This document shows, piece after piece, positions 36,198 to 46,618 of a DNA stretch of 64,000 bases. The stretch is from NCBI GenBank assembly GCA_046758365.1, contig JBHIAC010000004.1:1-64000 (forward strand). The letters are read 5' to 3'. How positions within the stretch are numbered: position 1 is the first letter of the stretch; each line of letters starts with the position of its first letter. A model generated the notes under the pieces. That model worked only from the letters and a program-made list of their open reading frames with translations. It made no database searches and was not told the DNA's origin. The DNA is from a bacterium (GTDB lineage Bacteria > Zhuqueibacterota > Zhuqueibacteria > Oceanimicrobiales > Oceanimicrobiaceae). The translations under genes and the position numbers were made by a program.

Positions 36198-36605
36198 ATG
36201 TTACCTCAAAAATTAAAATTTGAGATCCTTACTCCCTTCCAAAAAGTTTACTCTAGTGATGTTTCTGCCGTTCGTGTTCCTGGCTTGAATGGATACTTTG
36301 GTGTGCTTCCTGGGCATACACCGTTGTTGGCAGCATTAAAAATTGGTGAAATAAAAGTTCAAATTGATAACAAAACTTTATATTTTGCTACGAGCGGCGG
36401 TTTTGTAGAAGTTCTTACCCACAGTATATCCGTTTTGGCTGAATCTGCTGAATCTGCTGCTACGATCAACATCAATCGTGCCCAAGAGGCCAAGGAAAGG
36501 GCAACTAAAAGATTAAAAGAAGGAAGAAAAACATGGGATGTTGTACGCGCTAAGGCTGCATTGCTTAGGGCTATTAACAGGATTCGCGTAGCTTCAAAAT
36601 TTTAA
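36198..36605 (+). CDS. atpC: F1 ATP synthase subunit epsilon
   Basis: GVLPGHTP, SGGFVEV. Confidence 0.97.
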   Translation: MLPQKLKFEILTPFQKVYSSDVSAVRVPGLNGYFGVLPGHTPLLAALKIGEIKVQIDNKTLYFATSGGFVEVLTHSISVLAESAESAATININRAQEAKERATKRLKEGRKTWDVVRAKAALLRAINRIRVASKF

Positions 36606-36848
36606 TTCTCTTCAAAACTGTTTAATTTATTTTATCTTATAAATTGTAGAAACGAAAGCTTTCTTAGATAAAATATTATTCGCTTTTTTATTAAGAATAT
36701 CAAATCTCAGTCGAAATAATGTAGAAAGTTAATTATATTTTAAGTTACAAAATATTCATTGGCAATTAAACCTATTTTTATATATTATTAATTATATAAT
36801 AAAATTAACTTATCCTCGCACATGAAATTTTCAACTGTGGGGTAAAAC

Positions 36849-39764
36849 ATGAAAATGTCACTGCGATCTAAAAGATATACTTTTCGGAAGCTAGTCCTAA
36901 TTTCGCCTGTTTTCCTCTTAATCTTCTTTAGGCCAAGTATATCTTACCTTTATTCACAATCCATGGATATATCTGATAGTCAAACAGAAATTAGCTTTGA
37001 GGATAAGCTTGCTTTTTATTTAGACCATAAGAGTAAGAAATTTTTATCAGATATGGCTAATAAAGAAAAATTGCTTTTGCAGATGATTCAAAACATTGCC
37101 ACAGAATTAAAAAATCGAGGAAAAAGGGCTATATTAAATAATGAAATTGGCTATGAAGATATCTTTAGTGAGTCCGACAGATTAATTGCTGAATATTCTA
37201 AGGAGTTAAACCAAATCCTCCACATATTAGAGAAAATTGGGCAATTGGAAAAGGTAGTGGACCAGAACAGCGATTTAACTTCGTGGGAAAAACTTGCCGA
37301 GCTGCGAGAAAGACTTGTTGGGTTGCTGGAGAACCGGAATCTTTACAAGGAGGGCATTCATACCCAGAGACGTGTATCGGAAATGTTTCAAGATTATTAC
37401 AGTGAAGTAGATTCCTTATTATCCCTGTACAAGCGACTGAATAGACTTGAACGTCAGGCTAAAGCCGAAAGCGATCAACAAATGCTTGAAAATATCAAAG
37501 TTCAAAAAGCTAAGATTAGTCTTCTTTTAGGAAAACTTAAAACCACTACCTCTGATACCCTGACCGATAAATATATGAATGAAACCGGTTTAATCGTTAA
37601 TATTTTAAAAGAGTTAGATGTTTTAGAAGCAAAAGCTGTCAATCAAAATACTGATGTTAGCCTTCAAATTGAAGAATTGAAAAGAATTATTTTGCGTAAT
37701 GTTGATAATCGTTTGCTAACCCTTATGGGATATGACTCTTTTAGATATGATGGTCCAACCGTTTCTGAAATTTTTAAAGAGTGGAAAGCAGGGCAGATCG
37801 CTGATTATAAGGTTCGATACACCCAATATAAAATAATGAAAAAAAATCTTCTTTCAAACGCTTCTTTCAAAGAAAGATCTAGACTCCTGGAAATGGATTT
37901 AAAGGATGCTTTTTTAAATTATATTGACGGTGATTATGCACTTGCTGAACTTCAATTTAATACAATTTTGGAAGATTATGGAGAATATTTTAAAAATCTT
38001 GAATCCGTAATTTTCTATCGTGCAGAAAGCTTTTACGGACGCCGTTTATACGAAGAGGCTGTCAGGGATTATGAAAGAATTGTTAACGAATATCCTAATT
38101 CCTCATATTTAGGAGACAGCCTATTTCGTTTGATGATTATTAATGAAAAATTAGGCAACATAAACGACTTTTATAAATATTTCGATATCCTCAAATCTGA
38201 TTCAAACAAGGTGGATAGACGTTGTTACAATCTGTGTAATTATTTGGCTGGTTATGTTAAATTAAAAGATTCAAAATTCGATGAGGCAGAAGAAGCTCTA
38301 TCAAATGTTGTAAAAGATTCAAAATACTACCTGAATGCGCGCTTCCTGTTAGGGATTGTATTTGTAAATCAACAGAATTATACGAATGCTATTGAAATTT
38401 TCAAAGATTTGTCCTATCGAGATAATTATCCCTGGACAGACCCTCAAGCAACTTTTATTCGAAATAACTCTCTTTTGAAGCTGGGTTATATTCATTATGA
38501 ACTTGGTGAATATGAAGAAGCACTAAAGTATTTTAATAGCGTTTCACCCGGATTTAGTGACTATGATAAAAGCCTTTTAGGGGCTGCTTGGACAAATTTT
38601 AAACAAGGCAATTATGTCCAAACTATAGAAAATGTTAATCGTCTGTTTCAAAATTATTTAGCCTCCAATTATACTTACGAAGCTTTAGTTTTATCCGCCC
38701 ATAGTAAAAAACTATTAAAAAAACAAGATTCTGCACTAAGAGATTTACAATATGTTGCAAATGCTCAAAGAGTTTTAGAATTATCAGATCAGTACAATTC
38801 TGAGAGAAATTCGATTCTAAATAAACTTACAGAGTTAGACCAAATAGAAGAGAAGATTTTAGAACGACGTGATAAAGAACTATATAAGGTTTCTTCTCAA
38901 ATAAGGGATCATTTACAAAAAATGCTGTTACAATTTAGGCATCACGGAACTACGGGCAGTTTAGTTTTAGAAAGTTTTGAAGATGAACGTAAAGCTATTA
39001 TTAAACAATTAGAAGAATTAGATAGAATAATTACTCAAACAGACGCAAGTGGAGAAAAAGAAATTGTAAACGACGCCTACAAACAGCGAGAGAGATTAAT
39101 GAAGGCATTGGATGAATATCAAGTAGATAAATCTATTCAAAACATAAACTATTTTTTAGAATATCCACTCGCAACTAAAGAAGGGATAGTGAAATACCGA
39201 AAAGGTATTTTAAGTAATTTAATTCAACAATTGGAGCAAGAACGCCAAAGAATTCAAGATAATTTAAAGAATTTACAAATATTACAGAGTAAAAATTCTG
39301 ACTCTGTGCATGATTTAGATGCAAAGTTGGAATTAGAAATTTTGAAAGAAGATTTAAATATTCTTAAAAATCGATCAATTCAATTTCGAGCCTGGTTAGC
39401 TGAAAACCAAGTTCAAGAATTAAATACTGATTTTGCACGATGGGCGGATTTTTCCGGTTATGGAATAAGTGATATGACCTTTCAAAATATTAAGGAAAGA
39501 GATTCAAAGATTTCAAAACTCTCAAGCAATATTAATTCGATTAATCAAATTTTGGAGGAACGAAGAAGAACCTTAGAACAAACAATGGGAGAGTTTGATG
39601 AGGAAGTTAAACGAATAGAGGAAGAGTTGAGAAATGAACAGATTGAAATAGAGAGAAGGGAAAAAGAGAAATATTTTAAAGAATTGTATTTTGACACGAG
39701 TAAGCGAGAAGATAAGGAAAAGGAAAAACCTATTGCACCGAAAGATTCCAGTTTGCCTAATTAA
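36849..39764 (+). CDS. Large exported TPR/coiled-coil protein (GltC-like by architecture)
   Basis: N-terminal hydrophobic segment, central TPRs (FYRAESFY, YPNSSY, LLKLGYIHY, GAAWTNFK), long coiled coils. Confidence 0.8.
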   Translation: MKMSLRSKRYTFRKLVLISPVFLLIFFRPSISYLYSQSMDISDSQTEISFEDKLAFYLDHKSKKFLSDMANKEKLLLQMIQNIATELKNRGKRAILNNEIGYEDIFSESDRLIAEYSKELNQILHILEKIGQLEKVVDQNSDLTSWEKLAELRERLVGLLENRNLYKEGIHTQRRVSEMFQDYYSEVDSLLSLYKRLNRLERQAKAESDQQMLENIKVQKAKISLLLGKLKTTTSDTLTDKYMNETGLIVNILKELDVLEAKAVNQNTDVSLQIEELKRIILRNVDNRLLTLMGYDSFRYDGPTVSEIFKEWKAGQIADYKVRYTQYKIMKKNLLSNASFKERSRLLEMDLKDAFLNYIDGDYALAELQFNTILEDYGEYFKNLESVIFYRAESFYGRRLYEEAVRDYERIVNEYPNSSYLGDSLFRLMIINEKLGNINDFYKYFDILKSDSNKVDRRCYNLCNYLAGYVKLKDSKFDEAEEALSNVVKDSKYYLNARFLLGIVFVNQQNYTNAIEIFKDLSYRDNYPWTDPQATFIRNNSLLKLGYIHYELGEYEEALKYFNSVSPGFSDYDKSLLGAAWTNFKQGNYVQTIENVNRLFQNYLASNYTYEALVLSAHSKKLLKKQDSALRDLQYVANAQRVLELSDQYNSERNSILNKLTELDQIEEKILERRDKELYKVSSQIRDHLQKMLLQFRHHGTTGSLVLESFEDERKAIIKQLEELDRIITQTDASGEKEIVNDAYKQRERLMKALDEYQVDKSIQNINYFLEYPLATKEGIVKYRKGILSNLIQQLEQERQRIQDNLKNLQILQSKNSDSVHDLDAKLELEILKEDLNILKNRSIQFRAWLAENQVQELNTDFARWADFSGYGISDMTFQNIKERDSKISKLSSNINSINQILEERRRTLEQTMGEFDEEVKRIEEELRNEQIEIERREKEKYFKELYFDTSKREDKEKEKPIAPKDSSLPN

Positions 39765-39770
39765 TCAAGA

Positions 39771-42700
39771 ATGATATTAAATTCAACTATCAATAGCAAA
39801 ATGAAAGTGAAATTTGTTTATTCTTTCATAATTATTAGTTCTATATGGACTTATAGCAGGGGTCTGTCTCAAGAAAGCAACCTTATAGGAATTGCAGAAT
39901 CAGGATTATCCGCGGATTCCGTCCTTCAAACCTATACAATAGAGGAGTTATTGAAAATTAAAAATTATTATAATAATGAGACCGAACGCTTGTTGAGAGA
40001 AAAGGATGAACTGCGGCAAAGTGGTATCAAGGATATGGAATTTTTTATTAAAGGCCATCCGGATAGTCAAATATTAGACAAAATTATCATTCGTTTAGCA
40101 GAATTGTATTATGAACAAGCGGTTCAAGATTTTGGAGTTGCCATCGACAAATATAACCAATTATTAACTCTTTATGACCAGGGCCAAATCCAGGAAATGC
40201 CCCAAGAACCCGTTAAAGATTATAGTAGAACTCTGGGGCTTTATCAGCAAATTATTGATAAATTCCCTGAAAGTTCTTTACTTGATGACGCGATTTATAA
40301 CAAAGGATTTTTATTAGAAGATTTGGGTAAACAAGAACAGGCCATCGAAGTGTTTCAAGAACTTATTGATTCATTTCCTGAAAGTCGATATGTTCCTGAT
40401 GCCTTGATGCGGATGGCTGAATATTATTTCAATCCTCCTATAAACAACATCGAAGAAGCGATCGCGCTATATAAGAAAATTTTGAATTACAAAGAAAATT
40501 CAATATATGATGCAGCTTTATATCGTCTTGGTTGGGCCTATTACAGATTGAGTGATTATCCTTCGGCTATATCTTACTTTACCATTTTAACCGATGACAT
40601 CGAAAGCGCCAAACAACTTGACCCTGAATATAAATATCATTTTCCTGCCGTTAGGGATGAAGCCATAGAATATATTGGCATTAGTTTTTTGGATTACGGC
40701 GGCCCGGTTCTGGCCGCGCAATATTTTAATGAAATTGGCGGAAGAGATTATGGGTTCGATGTACTTAAAAAAATCGGTGATGTTTACATAGATGTTAAAG
40801 AAGAATATGATAAAGCGATAAATGCCTATCAACTCCTTTTGTCAATGTACCCAGAATCAACTGAGGCTCCAAAGATACAAGCTAAAATAGCGGAAGCCTA
40901 TCGAAACATGAAAGATGAACAGATGACTTATGTTAGGAGAGCTGAATTATATCATAAATATAAATCAGGTAGCGAATGGTGGGATAATATTAAGGATCCA
41001 GAGGCGAGAGAAGATGCCCTTTCTTTGGTTGAAAGAGCGCTTCGAGATAACATTAATTTGTTATTAAAACGAGCTGAAGAAACGGACGACCAAAATCTGT
41101 ACCTCCAAGCAATTAACGACAGCCGTGACTATTTGTCCACATTTCCTGAAAACAGTAACGCTCCTCAGATTCATTGGAATTTGGCATTGACTTTAGATTC
41201 AAAACTTGGTATGCATGAAGAGGCTTTTGATGAATACATTAAAATTAGCAACTTATATGTGAATACTAGATTTCAAAAGCAAGCCGCAGAGAACAGTATT
41301 GCTCTAGCGGATGATGCTGTTAGACGAGACAGTCTTTCCATTCAGAGCCAAGTTTTGCCTCTTACCATCGGCGAAATTCGAGAAGGATTGAGTGTAAAGG
41401 ATAGTTTGAGGCAAAGATTAAATCTTCAAAGAGAAGAACTCACACAAGATGAAAAGAGATTGGCTTTTGCTTTAGACAACTATATAAAGCATTTTCCACT
41501 CGAGCCAGAGACCGCTAAAATTCTGGCTAAAGCAGGGGCTATATATTATGAACGCCACAAATTTAAAGAAGCAATTAAATATTTTAAAACTCTGACAAAA
41601 CATTTTCCCGAAGGCCCTGAGACTAATTATGCTCGTTATATTGTTATGGAAAGTTATTTTGGGAAATCGGACTATAAAAGCACTGAGATTGTAGCAAGAA
41701 AGCTAAGAGATTCAAGTCCCGAATACTCTTTAAAAGCAAAAAGACGATTAGCTGAATCTATATTTTTACAAGCTAAATCATATTCAGATTCGTTGCGCCA
41801 TTTACAGGCAGCACAAGAATATCGCAGGATGATTACTGAGGAGCCCAGCGTTAAATTTGCTGATCTAGCCTTGTACAATGCGGCATCGGAATATGAACAG
41901 GTTAAAGAATATAAACGAGCGGTGGAAAGTTATAACCAACTGCTAAGCCAATACCCCAAATCTGAGCACTATTTAAATGCTCTGAATAATCTGGCATTTG
42001 ACTATAGAGAATTGAGTGATTATTTTAATGCTGCCTTGACTTATGAAAAGTTGGCGGATTTACAGCCAGATGAAGAAATGGCCCAAGTAGCGTTATATAA
42101 TGCGAGTGTCTCTTATGTACAAGCTGAAAAATGGAAACGAGCCATCAAAGTGAATACAAAATTCGTAGAGAATTTTCCCAACGCGGAAGATGCTGATGAA
42201 CTGTTATTTAATAATGCTAATTACTATTTGAAGTTAGGTGATTTTGATAGTGCAAACAATATTTATGCAGAGCTTGCAGAGAAATTTCCGGATTCTCCCC
42301 GCGCGGTTGAAGCCTTTTATTATCGTGGTGAATATTTTAAGGAAAATAATCGCTTTGATGAATCCAAAGATGAATTTGAAAATGCCGTAAACAAAAGCAA
42401 TGAGTTCAAAGAACGCGGGTTAGATGCTAATGAATTTTATGCTGCTGAAGCACTATATCAGTTAGCAGAGATAAAATACAATGAGTTTAAAACCATTGAG
42501 TTTAAGCTGCCTCCAGCCGTTATGTCAGGAAACAAAGTTAAAAAGAAGGAACTCCTCTTAGACCTAGTAGACAGTTATACAAAAGTAGCTGGATATGGAA
42601 CCGTTCGACTTTATGAAGCAACCTATAAAATCGGTAAGGTATATGAAGAATTTGCAGAAACTTGGGCCAATCAAGATATACCGGAGATAGAAGAGAACCG

Positions 42701-44339
42701 TCGAATTGTGGCCCAAAAAGAAATAAATAACACCGCTGCAGAACTATACGAACGGGCTGTTGAAGCGTACAAAAATGGTGTAAAGGTATTATCGCGATTT
42801 GCAGAAGTCTATAGAAATTCCATTAATCCCGATACAGTATTCTCCAAAATAGCTAAAATAGTCACAGAAGATACGACGTTAATAGCCGCTGAACCATGGA
42901 TTAATAAATGCAAGATCAAAATTTCAGAAACTTTATACGATATAGCGGAAATTAATTTTGAATCAGTAGACCAGCTTCTAAATGCTCCACCGCCTCAAGG
43001 TATGAAAAAATTAGAAGAATTGGTTTATCGAAATCAACTTTTGGTGAAAGCTGTTATTCCACTCATAGAAGAAATTATTGCTGCGCACACTCGAAATATA
43101 AATGAAGGAGTTGAATTTAATCTTGACAATCAGTGGATTCAATTATCAAAAAGTAAAATAGTAACCATAAGAAATTTAGTTCCCAATGAATTTAAAAATT
43201 TGGGATTTGAGGCACTTAATGGCTACCGTGATATAGTTACGCCTTACGAAAATTTAATAGAAAGTGGTGATGAAACTGCATTTGAATTGGCGGATCAAAT
43301 GGCTAATTTCCTTGAGATTAGTAAATCCTATATGTTGGCCAGTGCAAAAGGGTATAAGCAAAGTGTTCAAAATGCCCGTTCTATGAGTATTCATACCGAA
43401 GAGGTTGCCACTCTTGAAGTGAATTTTATAGAATCTATTTTTGAATATGGAAAATTAGCTGATTCTCTTTCGATTCAAGCAAATGTCAAACGTCGATTTT
43501 ATGAAAATCTTTTCAAAGAAACTAATCGTATTGACTACGAGGATGCCTTGTTTACCTTTGAAGAAAACCATTTTACTTTACATGATGCTACCTATGAGAT
43601 TCTTAAGTATGGATACCAAACCAGTGAGGAACTTAATATACAAAATCCATGGAGCCATAAAATTAAATTAGCCCTAATACGGATGAATCCTGAAGAGTAT
43701 GCTGGTATTTTGGGGATGGAAATTGAAACTAAGCTAATTCCTTCGACTACTACTTGGTTGGTTGATCCAAACTACCATGCTGGCTGGACAGAAGTTGATT
43801 TCAAAGACTCACTTTGGACAAATGCCATTGAATGCGGCCCAGGAACTGAGTTTACTGGGAGTACAGCAAAAAAGATATGGTTGCAAACTGAACCACGTAA
43901 CAATTCAAACATGGATATAACCCAAGTAAGTATTTCAGATACGGCAGGCGATACATTATCCTCAGGTAGTTTATCCCAATTTCAAAATCGTCCTAACAAA
44001 GCTTATTTTAGAAAAGCATTTGAAATTGTAGGACTGCCGGTTTCTGGATTAATACAATTAAATGTGGATGACTCATATACTCTATTCTTAAATGGACAAA
44101 ACATCGCTCAATTTAAATACGATTCTACACAAGAATCAACAACTCATGTACATAATCTTTCAGAATTTCTTAAAAGTGGGAAAAACGTTATAGCTTTAGA
44201 AGTGCATGATTCAGATAATTCCTTTGGGAGTTTAGAGGCAGTTTTGGAAATTAAGAATTTACCAAAATGGTATAATTTTCAGGAAAAGATTAATGAATCT
44301 AATATAAATAATTTGAATAACTTAAAATCGAAGAAATAG
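39771..44339 (+). CDS. Giant exported TPR protein (GltD/AgmU-like) with C-terminal jelly-roll lectin-like domain
   Basis: IIRLAELYYE, many xPxS TPR repeats; C-terminal YFRKAF...VDD...FLNG...LKSGKNVIALEV. Confidence 0.8.
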   Translation: MILNSTINSKMKVKFVYSFIIISSIWTYSRGLSQESNLIGIAESGLSADSVLQTYTIEELLKIKNYYNNETERLLREKDELRQSGIKDMEFFIKGHPDSQILDKIIIRLAELYYEQAVQDFGVAIDKYNQLLTLYDQGQIQEMPQEPVKDYSRTLGLYQQIIDKFPESSLLDDAIYNKGFLLEDLGKQEQAIEVFQELIDSFPESRYVPDALMRMAEYYFNPPINNIEEAIALYKKILNYKENSIYDAALYRLGWAYYRLSDYPSAISYFTILTDDIESAKQLDPEYKYHFPAVRDEAIEYIGISFLDYGGPVLAAQYFNEIGGRDYGFDVLKKIGDVYIDVKEEYDKAINAYQLLLSMYPESTEAPKIQAKIAEAYRNMKDEQMTYVRRAELYHKYKSGSEWWDNIKDPEAREDALSLVERALRDNINLLLKRAEETDDQNLYLQAINDSRDYLSTFPENSNAPQIHWNLALTLDSKLGMHEEAFDEYIKISNLYVNTRFQKQAAENSIALADDAVRRDSLSIQSQVLPLTIGEIREGLSVKDSLRQRLNLQREELTQDEKRLAFALDNYIKHFPLEPETAKILAKAGAIYYERHKFKEAIKYFKTLTKHFPEGPETNYARYIVMESYFGKSDYKSTEIVARKLRDSSPEYSLKAKRRLAESIFLQAKSYSDSLRHLQAAQEYRRMITEEPSVKFADLALYNAASEYEQVKEYKRAVESYNQLLSQYPKSEHYLNALNNLAFDYRELSDYFNAALTYEKLADLQPDEEMAQVALYNASVSYVQAEKWKRAIKVNTKFVENFPNAEDADELLFNNANYYLKLGDFDSANNIYAELAEKFPDSPRAVEAFYYRGEYFKENNRFDESKDEFENAVNKSNEFKERGLDANEFYAAEALYQLAEIKYNEFKTIEFKLPPAVMSGNKVKKKELLLDLVDSYTKVAGYGTVRLYEATYKIGKVYEEFAETWANQDIPEIEENRRIVAQKEINNTAAELYERAVEAYKNGVKVLSRFAEVYRNSINPDTVFSKIAKIVTEDTTLIAAEPWINKCKIKISETLYDIAEINFESVDQLLNAPPPQGMKKLEELVYRNQLLVKAVIPLIEEIIAAHTRNINEGVEFNLDNQWIQLSKSKIVTIRNLVPNEFKNLGFEALNGYRDIVTPYENLIESGDETAFELADQMANFLEISKSYMLASAKGYKQSVQNARSMSIHTEEVATLEVNFIESIFEYGKLADSLSIQANVKRRFYENLFKETNRIDYEDALFTFEENHFTLHDATYEILKYGYQTSEELNIQNPWSHKIKLALIRMNPEEYAGILGMEIETKLIPSTTTWLVDPNYHAGWTEVDFKDSLWTNAIECGPGTEFTGSTAKKIWLQTEPRNNSNMDITQVSISDTAGDTLSSGSLSQFQNRPNKAYFRKAFEIVGLPVSGLIQLNVDDSYTLFLNGQNIAQFKYDSTQESTTHVHNLSEFLKSGKNVIALEVHDSDNSFGSLEAVLEIKNLPKWYNFQEKINESNINNLNNLKSKK

Positions 44340-44362
44340 ATAAAAAGGGGTATTCAATCTCC

Positions 44363-44713
44363 ATGCATAAATATAAAATTTTCTTATTCACTGTTTTTTT
44401 ATTTTTAATTATGTTCCAAACAGTTTTTGCTCAAGAGAATTCAACCTCAGTAAAGACAGATACCACACAAGTAGATTCGATTCAAGAAATAGTTTTGGAA
44501 GAAATTTTTATTGAGGCAGTAATTGAAAAGCCCAATGTTGCTATTTTGCCCACTCGTGAAATTCCAGATTTTGAAGAGATAAAATTTATCCATAGGTCAT
44601 TTGAGCATGAACTCAAGTCATGTCCGCAAGAGCTTTTACTTTTAGAAAGTGAACTTGAAACAGTAAAGAAGATAGAAAAAATTAAAAAAATTCTTGCAAA
44701 AGAAAAGAATTAA
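44363..44713 (+). CDS. Small secreted protein, GltF/CglF-like
   Basis: Signal peptide (VFA-Q), acidic IEAVIEKP...RSFEHEL pattern, position between TPR and motor genes. Confidence 0.6.
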   Translation: MHKYKIFLFTVFLFLIMFQTVFAQENSTSVKTDTTQVDSIQEIVLEEIFIEAVIEKPNVAILPTREIPDFEEIKFIHRSFEHELKSCPQELLLLESELETVKKIEKIKKILAKEKN

Positions 44714-44811
44714 CTTTATATTTTAACTATCATTTTTTAAAAAAACAGGGCCGCTAAAATATAATAAACAATATATATTAGGTTAAATAATTATTAAGGA
44801 GGATATTTACT

Positions 44812-45462
44812 ATGGTTGACATCTTAGAACATTTCCGTCCTGGAGCTTCAGCATGGTTATTTATGTGGGCTCTCTTGATAACTTTGGCCTTTATGGTAGC
44901 AATAGCCGTAGAACGAAGCTACTATATTTGGGTAAAGTCAAATATCAATTCCAATAAGTTTATGGCTGAAATCCGAAAATTGGTCAAAGCAGGGGAATAT
45001 AAAAAAGCGTTAGAACTTTGTGAAGCAGCTAAAGATAAGGCTTTGGCACGCGTAGTTAGCGCTGGACTTCGTAAGGTTGCCGAGAGTGAAACCATTGATT
45101 TCAGAGCTATTCAAAATTCTGTGGATGAAGGGACTCTCGAAGTCATTCCAAAGCTTCAAGAAAGAACTGGATTTTTAGCTATGATTGGTAATGTATCAAC
45201 ATTGATTGGTCTCATGGGAACTATCTATGGTCTTATTTTGGCTTTTAACGCAGTTTCTCAAGCCGGGTATGATGCGACGCAAAAGTCAGTATTTTTGGCT
45301 GCGGGTATATCTACCGCTATGAATACTACGCTTATGGGACTTGCCATTGCAGTTCCTGCCATTTTAATTTATACATTTCTCCACAATAAAACTATACAGA
45401 TTATTGATGAAATTGATGAACACACGGTTAAATTGATTAACCTTATAACCGGGGATAGATAA
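44812..45462 (+). CDS. MotA/TolQ/ExbB proton channel (AglR-like)
   Basis: TLIGLMGTIYGLI, GISTAMNTTLMGLAIAVP. Confidence 0.95.
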   Translation: MVDILEHFRPGASAWLFMWALLITLAFMVAIAVERSYYIWVKSNINSNKFMAEIRKLVKAGEYKKALELCEAAKDKALARVVSAGLRKVAESETIDFRAIQNSVDEGTLEVIPKLQERTGFLAMIGNVSTLIGLMGTIYGLILAFNAVSQAGYDATQKSVFLAAGISTAMNTTLMGLAIAVPAILIYTFLHNKTIQIIDEIDEHTVKLINLITGDR

Positions 45463-45465
45463 ATC

Positions 45466-45993
45466 ATGGCTTATAGACCTTCATTTCGGAGAACCCATAA
45501 AGCAGTAAGTGTAGAGCCAAATCTCACTCCTGTAATGAACCTAATGGTGGTGATAATTCCTTTACTGCTCTCTTCAGCTCAATTAATTAAGATTAGCGTT
45601 ATTGAACTAAATTTGCCCCCTGCTGCCGGCGCAAAATCCGTTCAAGGTGATAAGCCGAAAGAGACCGAGTTAAAATTAGATTTGGCTATTACTATTACGG
45701 ATAAAGGATTTTTTTTGTCAAGCGCCGCCGCTATAATGAAAACAGAGAAGGGGCCTTCCATTCCTAAAATAAATGGGGAATACGATTATGCTTTACTTTC
45801 TCGAAGACTCTATGAAATTAAACAAAAAGCTATCAGTAAGTTTAAAGATAGTGATTCCATTATCATCCAGGCTGAATCGCAGATAGATTACCAGACATTG
45901 GTAAGTACTATGGATGCTTCCCGTTCAATTGAAATAGAAAACAGGCAAATAAGTTTATTTCCTAAAGTCTCATTCAGTGCATTAGTACTTTAA
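45466..45993 (+). CDS. ExbD/TolR family protein with Asn at the conserved TM Asp position
   Basis: NLTPVMNLMVVIIPLLL, YQTLVSTMDA. Confidence 0.9.
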   Translation: MAYRPSFRRTHKAVSVEPNLTPVMNLMVVIIPLLLSSAQLIKISVIELNLPPAAGAKSVQGDKPKETELKLDLAITITDKGFFLSSAAAIMKTEKGPSIPKINGEYDYALLSRRLYEIKQKAISKFKDSDSIIIQAESQIDYQTLVSTMDASRSIEIENRQISLFPKVSFSALVL

Positions 45994-46063
45994 TAAATAA
46001 TCAAATTAAAATTTGCATTTCTTGAATTTTTATTGCTATTAATTTCAAGTAATTGGAGTTCTT

Positions 46064-46558
46064 ATGGCCTTTATACCATCACGGATTAAAAAGCACGATA
46101 CTAATCCTGGAGTTGCCCATTTAAATCTTACTTCTATGATGGATATGTTTACCATAATTTTAGTATTCCTTTTGAAAACTTATACTACAGAGGGTCAATT
46201 AATTCAACCATCAGAATACCTAACTCTTCCCAAATCTACCATTCAAACACCCCCAGAAACGGCATTAGATTTAGTTGTTTCCAAAGAAGTCATTATGTTA
46301 AACGATAAGCCTGTGATCAAATTGGAAAGTGTGCAAAAGCAAAGAGGATATATTATCAAGCCCCTTCAAGACGAACTATTATACCACGCTAAGGAAGCTA
46401 AAAATATGGAAGAACAGTTTGGGGTTCCTTTTTCAGGTAAAGTAACAATTCAGGCTGATAAGAGTATAATATATAAAGATTTGGTAAAATTGATGGCTAC
46501 CTGTGGTGTTTCCGAATACGCTAATATGCGACTTGTCGTATATAGAAAGGAAGAATAG
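46064..46558 (+). CDS. ExbD/TolR family protein with canonical TM Asp
   Basis: LNLTSMMDMFTIILVFLL, IQADK. Confidence 0.93.
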   Translation: MAFIPSRIKKHDTNPGVAHLNLTSMMDMFTIILVFLLKTYTTEGQLIQPSEYLTLPKSTIQTPPETALDLVVSKEVIMLNDKPVIKLESVQKQRGYIIKPLQDELLYHAKEAKNMEEQFGVPFSGKVTIQADKSIIYKDLVKLMATCGVSEYANMRLVVYRKEE

Positions 46559-46618
46559 TGTTTAATTAGTGATTTATTACAAAATCATCTGCACTCATTG
46601 GAAATTAAAGGTGAAACT

